Source: an uncultured virus (IMG/VR IMGVR_UViG_3300042463_000956)
Lineage: Duplodnaviria > Heunggongvirae > Uroviricota > Caudoviricetes
DNA: 64,000 nt
Reading direction: 5' to 3' (one strand)
IMG/VR virus record: IMGVR_UViG_3300042463_000956
Span: 1-64,000 of that record
Under the pieces are notes generated by a model. That model did not search any database. It had not been told where the DNA came from and saw only the letters and a program-made list of their open reading frames with translations. Numbering within the stretch: position 1 is the stretch's first letter; every line of letters begins with the position of its first letter. A program made the position numbers and the translations under genes. Of the stretch, positions 10,209-15,769 are shown in pieces.

Positions 10209-10316
10209 ATGAAAACAAATCTTAGACATATGGTCATTAGCAAGCAACCGAGCAATCAGTGGTCGTTCTGCTATAATACGCTTAAACCGTCTAGGGCATT
10301 TTCATTTATGAGTTAA
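10209..10316 (+). CDS. Leader peptide 1 (35 aa, MKTNLRHMVISKQPSNQWSFCYNTLKPSRAFSFMS) of a putative attenuator
   Basis: ATG after an A-rich RBS-like stretch and TATACTTATA; unusually many C/G-ending codons; stop codon lies inside a hairpin that competes with the downstream terminator. Confidence 0.75.
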   Translation: MKTNLRHMVISKQPSNQWSFCYNTLKPSRAFSFMS

Positions 10317-10346
10317 TAACGATTAACCAACATAATAAAGGAATAT

Positions 10347-10377
10347 AAGACCCAAGGCAACAAACCTTGGGTTTTTT
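10347..10377 (+). terminator. Intrinsic terminator of attenuator 1
   Basis: AAGACCCAAGG-caacaaa-CCTTGGGTTTT plus T tail, just upstream of tRNA-Thr. Confidence 0.85.
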
Positions 10378-10388
10378 GTTTTATACCT

Positions 10389-10460
10389 GCTCTGTAAGCA
10401 TTGATGGCGATGCGCTTGACTTGTAATCAAGAAAAATCAGTTCGAATCTGGTACGGAGCT
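10389..10460 (+). tRNA. tRNA-Thr(TGT)
   Basis: Acceptor GCTCTGT/ACGGAGC, loop CT-TGT-AA. Confidence 0.9.
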
Positions 10461-10471
10461 CAAAAGAAAAA

Positions 10472-10488
10472 GTTCTTTGACATATTGG
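10472..10488 (+). promoter_or_regulatory. boxA-like antitermination element GTTCTTTGA. Also at 13518, 14121, 20329 and minus strand 22911-22923
   Basis: The same 9-mer precedes tRNA runs, the long ncRNA and the tmRNA; resembles rrn boxA. Confidence 0.65.
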
Positions 10489-10496
10489 CCTTATAA

Positions 10497-10567
10497 TGTT
10501 CCCTCGTCTAATGGCAGGACACGCGGTTTTGGTCCGTGGAATCGAGGTTCGAGTCCTTGGGGAACAA
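10497..10567 (+). tRNA. tRNA-Gln(TTG)
   Basis: Acceptor TGTTCCC/GGGAACA, loop TT-TTG-GT. Confidence 0.9.
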
Positions 10568-10576
10568 CAATAAATT

Positions 10577-10665
10577 GGAAGTCTAATTTAGCCGGCGCTA
10601 AACCTAGTCTTGAAAACTAGTGGTACTGAAACACGTATGGGGATCGACACCTCAGGCTTCCTCCA
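10577..10665 (+). tRNA. tRNA-Ser(TGA)
   Basis: Loop CT-TGA-AA, long variable arm, encoded CCA. Confidence 0.85.
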
Positions 10666-10673
10666 AAAAATAA

Positions 10674-10744
10674 CGAGTGTGTGGTGTAATGGTTGCACAG
10701 GATGTTTGGGACATTCGGGAGACGTTCGATTCGTACACATTCGA
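10674..10744 (+). tRNA. tRNA-Pro(TGG), weak T stem
   Basis: GGATG-TT-TGG-GA-CATTC; acceptor CGAGTGT/ACATTCG. Confidence 0.75.
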
Positions 10745-10803
10745 CTAACAAATAAACAAATAAAAACAAGTGTTATGGAAAGTGACAAGTATGACAAACA
10801 AAA

Positions 10804-10876
10804 CCCCTCGTAGCTTAATCGGGAAAGCACCATACTTTTAATATGGGGAGAGTCGGATCGTAACCGGCCGGGGGGA
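10804..10876 (+). tRNA. tRNA-Lys(TTT)
   Basis: CCATA-CT-TTT-AA-TATGG; acceptor CCCCTCG/CGGGGGG. Confidence 0.85.
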
Positions 10877-10923
10877 CAAAAAATTTGGTAGATTAAAAAA
10901 AAGTATTATCTTTGTAAAAATAA

Positions 10924-11004
10924 GGAAGTGTTGAGCATTTGGCTGGCTCGCTTGACTGTAAATCAAGTCCGAAAGGCGTGTAGGTTCGACCCCTACCACT
11001 TCCA
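10924..11004 (+). tRNA. tRNA-Tyr(GTA)
   Basis: CTTGA-CT-GTA-AA-TCAAG with a variable arm. Confidence 0.9.
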
Positions 11005-11012
11005 CAACAAAA

Positions 11013-11087
11013 GGACAAGTAGCTCAGAGGCAGAGCAACGAGCTGTTAACTCGAAGGTCATAGGTTCGACCCCTATCTAGTCCGCCA
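11013..11087 (+). tRNA. tRNA-Asn(GTT)
   Basis: Loop CT-GTT-AA; GCCA 3' end. Confidence 0.9.
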
Positions 11088-11088
11088 A

Positions 11089-11189
11089 AGATACAATGTT
11101 GGGCTCCCCGTAGTGGTAACGTCTTAAGTAAGTAGACCACAAGAATCTAGTAAGAAGTGACAGATGGGTTCGTCACGACTAAAGTATCT
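11089..11189 (+). ncRNA. Unknown structured RNA in the tRNA array
   Basis: Closing stem AGATAC/GTATCT; internal stems GTCT/AGAC, TAGT/ACTA, GTGAC/GTCAC; GC-richer than the genome. Confidence 0.45.
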
Positions 11190-11193
11190 AATT

Positions 11194-11266
11194 GTTCACG
11201 TAGCTCAATTGGTAGAGCGCCGATCTGATACGTCGGAGGTAATGGGATCGTAACCCGTCGTGAACA
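11194..11266 (+). tRNA. tRNA-Ile(GAT)
   Basis: CCGAT-CT-GAT-AC-GTCGG; acceptor GTTCACG/CGTGAAC. Confidence 0.9.
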
Positions 11267-11270
11267 CTAC

Positions 11271-11354
11271 GGAAGATAAACCTTGATGGAGATAGGGTCC
11301 ACCTGCTAAGCGAGATGTACCTTCGGGTATTTGGCTCGATTCCAATATCTTCTT
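11271..11354 (+). tRNA. tRNA-Ser(GCT), divergent
   Basis: Acceptor GGAAGAT/ATCTTCT, loop CT-GCT-AA, variable arm TACC-TTCG-GGTA; anticodon stem has mismatches. Confidence 0.6.
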
Positions 11355-11360
11355 CAACTT

Positions 11361-11430
11361 GCCGATAGAAAAGGTTTTCGGTCCGGGCTCATATCCTGGA
11401 TGTCATTGGGTTCGATACCCTTTATCGGTA
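11361..11430 (+). tRNA. tRNA-Met/Ile2(CAT) with a reduced D arm
   Basis: CCGGG-CT-CAT-AT-CCTGG; acceptor GCCGATA/TATCGGT. Confidence 0.6.
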
Positions 11431-11437
11431 CTTATAT

Positions 11438-11511
11438 GGTGTATGTAGCTCAGTTGGTAGAGTGCTGGATTGTGATTCCAGAGGTCGTGGGATCGTGACC
11501 CATCATACACA
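11438..11511 (+). tRNA. tRNA-His(GTG)
   Basis: CTGGA-TT-GTG-AT-TCCAG; encoded G-1. Confidence 0.9.
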
Positions 11512-11517
11512 CAATAT

Positions 11518-11589
11518 ACCTTCGTAGCTTAATGGAAAAGCCTCAGAATACGAATCTGATGATTGGGAGTTCGACCCTCTCCGAAGGTA
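11518..11589 (+). tRNA. tRNA-Arg(ACG)
   Basis: TCAGA-AT-ACG-AA-TCTGA; acceptor ACCTTCG/CGAAGGT. Confidence 0.85.
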
Positions 11590-11590
11590 C

Positions 11591-11755
11591 AAAAGATGAT
11601 AAAAGGCGTAGAACAACGGACACGGAGAGGTGTTCGCAAGGGTGCAAACTAAGGATAGGTATTCAATCTTAATTGTATTGATGTAATAACCCGACTCTCT
11701 AATGGTGTGTGAAGTATAATTACGGGATTCCTGATAAAGTTGTTCATCATCTTTT
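11591..11755 (+). ncRNA. Unknown ~165-nt structured RNA
   Basis: Terminal stem AAAAGATGAT/ATCATCTTTT, inner GAACAAC/GTTGTTC, hairpin GGACAC/GTGTTC; no convincing ORF. Confidence 0.5.
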
Positions 11756-11759
11756 ATTT

Positions 11760-11831
11760 GCCCCTTTCGTATAATGGAAGTACAACACTCTTCTAAGGTG
11801 TCAGGTCGGAGTTCGAGTCTCTGAGGGGGTA
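11760..11831 (+). tRNA. tRNA-Arg(TCT), second copy with a different body
   Basis: ACACT-CT-TCT-AA-GGTGT; acceptor GCCCCTT/AGGGGGT. Confidence 0.8.
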
Positions 11832-11869
11832 CGGATCCGATGTCGGTCCCGAGCTAGGTCGGGCAATTT

Positions 11870-11940
11870 ACGTGGTACAGACAGGGCGTCGGGCAGGTCT
11901 CCAAAACCTCGCCGGGTAGGTTCGATCCCTACACCACGTG
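11870..11940 (+). tRNA. tRNA-Trp(CCA), atypical D arm
   Basis: AGGT-CT-CCA-AA-ACCT; acceptor ACGTGGT/ACCACGT; G73. Confidence 0.75.
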
Positions 11941-11949
11941 CTAAAATAA

Positions 11950-12022
11950 GGACAGGTAGCTCAGTTGGTAGAGCTCAGGATTGAAGATCCTGGAGTCGGG
12001 GGTTCGACACCCTCCCTGTCCA
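11950..12022 (+). tRNA. tRNA-Phe(GAA)
   Basis: CAGGA-TT-GAA-GA-TCCTG. Confidence 0.92.
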
Positions 12023-12044
12023 CAAACAATTAAAATTAACTAAA

Positions 12045-12500
12045 ATGAACAGAGTTTTTAGAACGGTTAATGGTGTTGCAATACCAGATGTGGTTAATCA
12101 CACTTTGGGTGTTCTAAAAGAATGTCCCTGGGTGGAAGTCCACATTGGGACTGACTCACAAAACCACAGAAGATCAACCGTGTATGTTACGGTGATAGCG
12201 TATAGGTATGGAAATAGAGGTGTTCATTATATTCTTCACAAACAAAAAGTGAAAAAAATAAAAGATAAATGGACACGTCTTTGGAATGAGGCCGATTATT
12301 CAATTGAGGTTGCCGAATGGTTAACCCAGAAAGTAAAAGTAAAAGTTGAAATTGACTTGGACTTTAATAGTGATGAAAAACATTTCAGTTCAAAACTGGT
12401 TCAACCAGCTGTTGGGTGGGCGACATCCTTGGGGTATAAAACAAATATAAAACCCCATAATCAAATTGCAACAAAAGCGGCAGATTACCACTGCCGTTAA
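12045..12500 (+). CDS. RNase H-like YkuK/DUF458 family protein
   Basis: Motifs HIGTDSQ, RLWNEA..SIEVA, IDLD, IKP...IAT..AD. Confidence 0.75.
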   Translation: MNRVFRTVNGVAIPDVVNHTLGVLKECPWVEVHIGTDSQNHRRSTVYVTVIAYRYGNRGVHYILHKQKVKKIKDKWTRLWNEADYSIEVAEWLTQKVKVKVEIDLDFNSDEKHFSSKLVQPAVGWATSLGYKTNIKPHNQIATKAADYHCR

Positions 12501-12507
12501 TATATTA

Positions 12508-12578
12508 GCTCAGGTGGCCGAGGGGTTAGGCACCGGTCTGCAAAACCGAGTACGGGGGTTCAAATCCCTCCTTGAGCT
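12508..12578 (+). tRNA. tRNA-Cys(GCA)
   Basis: Loop CT-GCA-AA; U73. Confidence 0.9.
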
Positions 12579-12587
12579 CAACAAAAT

Positions 12588-12667
12588 GCCCCTGTGATGG
12601 AATGCAGACATGCTGGTTTTAGACACCAGTGCCGAAGGGTGTGAGAGTTCAAGTCTCTCCGGGGGTA
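12588..12667 (+). tRNA. tRNA-Leu(TAG)
   Basis: CTGGT-TT-TAG-AC-ACCAG with a variable arm. Confidence 0.9.
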
Positions 12668-12706
12668 CAAAACTTATTATCAATATATTTATATTAAAAT
12701 GTTGAT

Positions 12707-13045
12707 ATGAAAAAAATTATAAGACTAACAGAATCAGATTTAGCTCGTATTGTTAAACGAGTAATCCAGGAAGGAAATATTGAAAAATCATCAAAGGAAA
12801 AAGACCTTGATGTTAAGATGGAAAATTTCCGAGATAAAATAAAAGATTTTTTAAAATCTAAAGATTGTAAAGTAAAACAAGTTGGAACCGATTTTGAGGT
12901 TCATTGTGATGGAGAACACGTAGGTCAAGTTATGTTTAGAAGAAATGCTATTACAGTAAAAAAAGAAGGTAGTAGGTTTGGAAAAGATTTTAAATTTAAC
13001 GAAATGGGTGATATTAAAGCTGAATTATCAAAAATGTTAAAATGA
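12707..13045 (+). CDS. Hypothetical protein with MKKIIRLTESDLARIVKRVIQE leader
   Basis: ORF after ATATTTATA; leader DNA shares 44 identical nt with the next gene. Confidence 0.8.
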   Translation: MKKIIRLTESDLARIVKRVIQEGNIEKSSKEKDLDVKMENFRDKIKDFLKSKDCKVKQVGTDFEVHCDGEHVGQVMFRRNAITVKKEGSRFGKDFKFNEMGDIKAELSKMLK

Positions 13046-13326
13046 AAAAAGTAATCAGACTAACAGAATCAGATTTAGCTCGTATTGTTAAACGAGTAAT
13101 TCGGGAAAACGAAGAAAACAAATTTGACTTCTATATGGAAGAACTAGGTGAATTTGCAAATAAACTTGATTGGGAAGGTCTTGATATTGAAAGTGAGGAA
13201 ATGGAATATTTTGTTGATGACATATATCAGATAGTTTATGACGCAAAACAAGATGATACTTTATCTAAAGACGAAATTTCTCACATTGAAGGATTTGCTA
13301 TGGGTATTGTTAGTAGATTAGATTAA
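13042..13326 (+). CDS. Acidic hypothetical protein with MKKVIRLTESDLARIVKRVIRE leader
   Basis: ATGA overlap with the previous gene; shared leader. Confidence 0.8.
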   Translation: MKKVIRLTESDLARIVKRVIRENEENKFDFYMEELGEFANKLDWEGLDIESEEMEYFVDDIYQIVYDAKQDDTLSKDEISHIEGFAMGIVSRLD

Positions 13327-13393
13327 AAAATTAAATAAAACTTGACACTTTTAAAATTATTAGTATATTTATAAAAAAATTAAAAAACCGCAA

Positions 13394-13462
13394 ATGAAAA
13401 ATTTACACATATCATTGATAGGAGGCGATTTAGCTGAGGATTCTTTCAAGGAGAGGGTGTAA
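13394..13462 (+). CDS. Leader peptide 2 (22 aa, MKNLHISLIGGDLAEDSFKERV) of a putative attenuator
   Basis: Follows TATATTTATA; its 3' end GAGAGGG (13451-13457) is complementary to the terminator arm CCCTCTC (13491-13497). Confidence 0.75.
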   Translation: MKNLHISLIGGDLAEDSFKERV

Positions 13463-13486
13463 TATTTTATACATATAAAAATTTTG

Positions 13487-13517
13487 AAGCCCCTCTCTAA
13501 AAAAGAGGGGTTTTTTT
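13487..13517 (+). terminator. Intrinsic terminator of attenuator 2
   Basis: AAGCCCCTCT-ctaaaaa-AGAGGGGTTT with a T7 tail, followed by boxA and tRNA-Leu(TAA). Confidence 0.85.
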
Positions 13518-13542
13518 GTTCTTTGAAATATTGGTGAATAAT

Positions 13543-13625
13543 GGTCCGATGTTGGAATTGGTATACAAGACAGACTTAAAATCTGTTACCCATTGGGTGT
13601 GAGGGTTCAAGTCCCTCTCGGACTA
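13543..13625 (+). tRNA. tRNA-Leu(TAA)
   Basis: ACAGA-CT-TAA-AA-TCTGT with a variable arm. Confidence 0.92.
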
Positions 13626-13672
13626 CAAAAAATAAATTTGGTAGATTAAAAAATTATTTATACTTTTGTTTT

Positions 13673-13978
13673 ATGATAACATTTAAGGATATAGAGTTTA
13701 GACAACATAATGCTGGTGAAGGATCACAAGGGTTGATTTTTTTTCCTGGTGGATACGGACTTTCTGTTGTTAGATTTAAACATCCTTATAGTACCAGATA
13801 TTCGTCTTACACAGATGATAAAACCTGGGAGGTTGCAATTTTAAAAGGAACAAAAAATCATTGGGATATCTGTTATGATACAGAACTAACAAATGATGTT
13901 TTGACTTTCCAAACAGAAGAAGATATAAATAAAATAATTAAACACGTTCAAAGACTATATAACGATGAAAACAATTGA
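13673..13978 (+). CDS. Phage hypothetical protein (F..GYG.SV..WEVAIL pattern)
   Basis: 101-aa ORF behind a TAnnTTTG promoter. Confidence 0.7.
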   Translation: MITFKDIEFRQHNAGEGSQGLIFFPGGYGLSVVRFKHPYSTRYSSYTDDKTWEVAILKGTKNHWDICYDTELTNDVLTFQTEEDINKIIKHVQRLYNDENN

Positions 13979-14081
13979 GATTACATATCAGGAGATTAAG
14001 ATGGCAACAAGACCAAATGTGTATCGTAATAAAAAAAAATACACAAGAAAAGAAAAGTTTAAAAAAGATTTGGTAGATTGA
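13965..14081 (+). CDS. Small basic protein, ArfA-like motif (38 aa, MKTIEITYQEIKMATRPNVYRNKKKYTRKEKFKKDLVD)
   Basis: Not in the ORF track; overlaps the previous stop; KKKYTRKEK resembles the ArfA K.K.SY.RK.KH region. Confidence 0.45.
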   Translation: MKTIEITYQEIKMATRPNVYRNKKKYTRKEKFKKDLVD

Positions 14082-14142
14082 AATAAAATACATATCTTTG
14101 TAAAACAAATAAGGAAAAGGGTTCTTTGAAATATTAAAAATA

Positions 14143-14224
14143 AAAATCACGGGTGGCTCCCTTAATAGTTAAGGCTGACCTTAAGCATCTGACGTATGTC
14201 TATACAGGGGGTGAAAGTGATTTT
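14143..14224 (+). ncRNA. Unknown ~80-nt structured RNA
   Basis: Closing stem AAAATCAC/GTGATTTT and hairpin CCTTAA/TTAAGG; lies right after a promoter and boxA. Confidence 0.45.
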
Positions 14225-14231
14225 AAAATAT

Positions 14232-14322
14232 TGTGGTTGTAAGAAACGGGAAACTCGTAAAGTGTATCAACCTGTTAAATCAAGATAGTGAAACGAGAGT
14301 TTGATTTAACTACTGAACTACA
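14232..14322 (+). ncRNA. Unknown ~90-nt structured RNA
   Basis: Closing stem TGTGGTT/AACTACA; hairpins ACGGG/CTCGT and GTTAAATCAA/TTGATTTAAC. Confidence 0.45.
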
Positions 14323-14328
14323 AAAAAC

Positions 14329-14438
14329 AGTCAAGTGGCGGAATTGGTAGACGCTGGGAGATAATACTCAAAACTCCTTGGGGTAAGGTGATTTTCACAT
14401 TTATCTCGTGATAGGTTCGAATCCTTCTTTGACTACCA
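14329..14438 (+). tRNA. Atypical tRNA-Leu-like RNA (possible CAA anticodon) with an expanded anticodon/variable region
   Basis: Leu-type D arm GCGGAATTGGTAGACGC, acceptor AGTCAAG/TTTGACT, ACCA end; CTCAAAA loop displaced by an insertion. Confidence 0.5.
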
Positions 14439-14441
14439 TAT

Positions 14442-14513
14442 TGCGGGGTAGAGCAGTGGTAGCTCGGCGGGCTCATAACCCGTAGGTCGCAGGTTCGAAT
14501 CCTGCCCCCGCAA
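14442..14513 (+). tRNA. Initiator tRNA-fMet(CAT)
   Basis: GGG/CCC anticodon stem, loop CT-CAT-AA, TGCGGGG 5' end. Confidence 0.9.
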
Positions 14514-14520
14514 CTAAAAT

Positions 14521-14601
14521 GCTGACGTACCAGTGGATGCTTATATCATCTATGCCTGTAGTGGTAAGTTTAAAACGTTGGTTCGAATCCAACCGTCAGT
14601 A
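14521..14601 (+). tRNA. D-armless tRNA-like RNA with TAT (Ile, AUA-reading) anticodon
   Basis: Acceptor GCTGACG/CGTCAGT, GGATG-CT-TAT-AT-CATCT, perfect T arm GTTGG-TTCGAAT-CCAAC; only 7 nt where the D arm should be. Confidence 0.55.
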
Positions 14602-14607
14602 CAATAA

Positions 14608-14680
14608 GCGGAAGTAGCTCAATTGGTAGAGCTCCTGCCTTCCAAGCAGGTGGTTGAGGGTTCGAGTCCCTTCTTCCGCT
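14608..14680 (+). tRNA. tRNA-Gly(TCC)
   Basis: CCTGC-CT-TCC-AA-GCAGG. Confidence 0.95.
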
Positions 14681-14870
14681 CAAAAAATAAACGAGTAAAA
14701 AGAATAAATGATGGAAAATATGGTTTTATCAGGAACTTCAGAATCATCAAAAGTTAAATTTGTTAAGACTAATTTTAAATCTGATTTTGCAAAAACATTA
14801 AAGAAAAAACTTAAAAAAAGATTTGGTAGATTAAAATAAACTAACTATCTTTGTAAAACCAAATTAAAAC

Positions 14871-14942
14871 GGTCTGTTCGACAAGGGGTTAAGTCGTCGC
14901 CCTTTCACGGCGAAGTCACGGGTTCGAATCCCGTACAGACTA
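14871..14942 (+). tRNA. tRNA-Glu(TTC)
   Basis: TCGCC-CT-TTC-AC-GGCGA. Confidence 0.95.
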
Positions 14943-14951
14943 CAAAATTTT

Positions 14952-15027
14952 GGCTCTATGGTTGAATGGCTACAATACCGCCCTGTCACGGCGTGTGGTA
15001 CGGGTTCGAATCCCGTTAGAGCCGCCA
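14952..15027 (+). tRNA. tRNA-Asp(GTC)
   Basis: CGCC-CT-GTC-AC-GGCG; GCCA end. Confidence 0.9.
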
Positions 15028-15033
15028 AAATAT

Positions 15034-15113
15034 AGTTAGGTAATGTGTAATGTGAAAATGGTATCACATCCTTAATGGTTACATTGTTGCAGGTTCGAGT
15101 CCTGTCCTGACTA
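15034..15113 (+). ncRNA. tRNA-like RNA: acceptor stem and T arm, no canonical D or anticodon arms
   Basis: AGTTAGG/CCTGACT and GCAGG-TTCGAGT-CCTGT; middle TAATGT/ACATTG stem encloses ATGTGA/TCACAT. Confidence 0.55.
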
Positions 15114-15117
15114 CAAT

Positions 15118-15280
15118 CGGTTGCTTGATTCCTGGTAGTAGAGTAACAACCGTTGGAGAATTCGGGATATCTCGTGAATGGTGGTGTAAGATATAAAAGG
15201 GAAACTTACAATGGTGGAGTACCAAAAACAAAAGAAACGAGACATGTGGGTGATCATATGTTGGTGCAAATCTCCACCTT
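15118..15280 (+). ncRNA. Unknown structured RNA(s)
   Basis: Stems CGGTTG/CAACCG, TGGAGA/TCTCCA, TCTCGT/ACGAGA, GTAAG/CTTAC, ACATGTG/CATATGT. Confidence 0.35.
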
Positions 15281-15297
15281 TTTTAAAATTAAAAAAA

Positions 15298-15387
15298 GAC
15301 GATGAACTTCAGTTCCCACACAGCGGTGAGATGGGCTAAGCTATATACAGGTTCTCGGTGCTGGAAGTAGAAGGCTGAAGAGTCGTT
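15298..15387 (+). ncRNA. Unknown ~90-nt rod-like RNA
   Basis: Nested stems ACGA/TCGT, CTTCAGTT/GGCTGAAG, CAGC/GCTG, GAGA/TCTC. Confidence 0.4.
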
Positions 15388-15390
15388 GTT

Positions 15391-15506
15391 TGTCAGGAGT
15401 GTAATGAGGCATGGTGCCGAGTCCCCAAGACACCACGGTCCAAGAGCAATTTGGACGCGAGAAGTTATAAGGTCGCTCATTGTGGGTTCGAATCCCACCC
15501 TGACAT
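15391..15506 (+). ncRNA. tRNA-like RNA: acceptor stem and T arm with a multibranch insert
   Basis: TGTCAGG/CCTGACA and GTGGG-TTCGAAT-CCCAC; AATGAG/CTCATT encloses three hairpins. Confidence 0.55.
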
Positions 15507-15521
15507 CTAAAATTATATATT

Positions 15522-15734
15522 ATGAAAGATGCGTTATTAACAGTTTTGGCAACCGTTCTATCGGTTGTTTTTGTAGGATTTGGTTCAATTTTATTTGTGA
15601 ATTTTCTAGAAGGTGAATTTGCAATTATACCATTTTTAATTGGTCTTGTTGGTTATTTCATCGCTCTTAGACCTGCTATTAATGAGTGGGAAAGTACTTT
15701 TAAAAAATTATTTAAAGTTAAAGATGAAGAATAG
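15522..15734 (+). CDS. Small two-TM membrane protein
   Basis: Two hydrophobic stretches in 70 aa. Confidence 0.65.
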   Translation: MKDALLTVLATVLSVVFVGFGSILFVNFLEGEFAIIPFLIGLVGYFIALRPAINEWESTFKKLFKVKDEE

Positions 15735-15769
15735 TTTGTAAATTAAAAAAAACTTTATATCTTTGTTGT

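Noticed and set aside
10588..10833. ORF-track ORFs 10588..10833(-) and 10610..10813(+)
   Set aside because: They overlap clear tRNA-Ser, -Pro and -Lys genes, so they are spurious.
9515..15506. CRISPR array or suppressor tRNA / alternative genetic code
   Set aside because: No regularly spaced identical repeats, no CTA/TTA/TCA anticodon found, and conserved genes are intact in code 11.
14864..15616. ORF-track ORFs 14864..15067(-), 15289..15498(-) and 15386..15616(+)
   Set aside because: They are translations of tRNA or tRNA-like sequence (GFEP / GSNP signatures).
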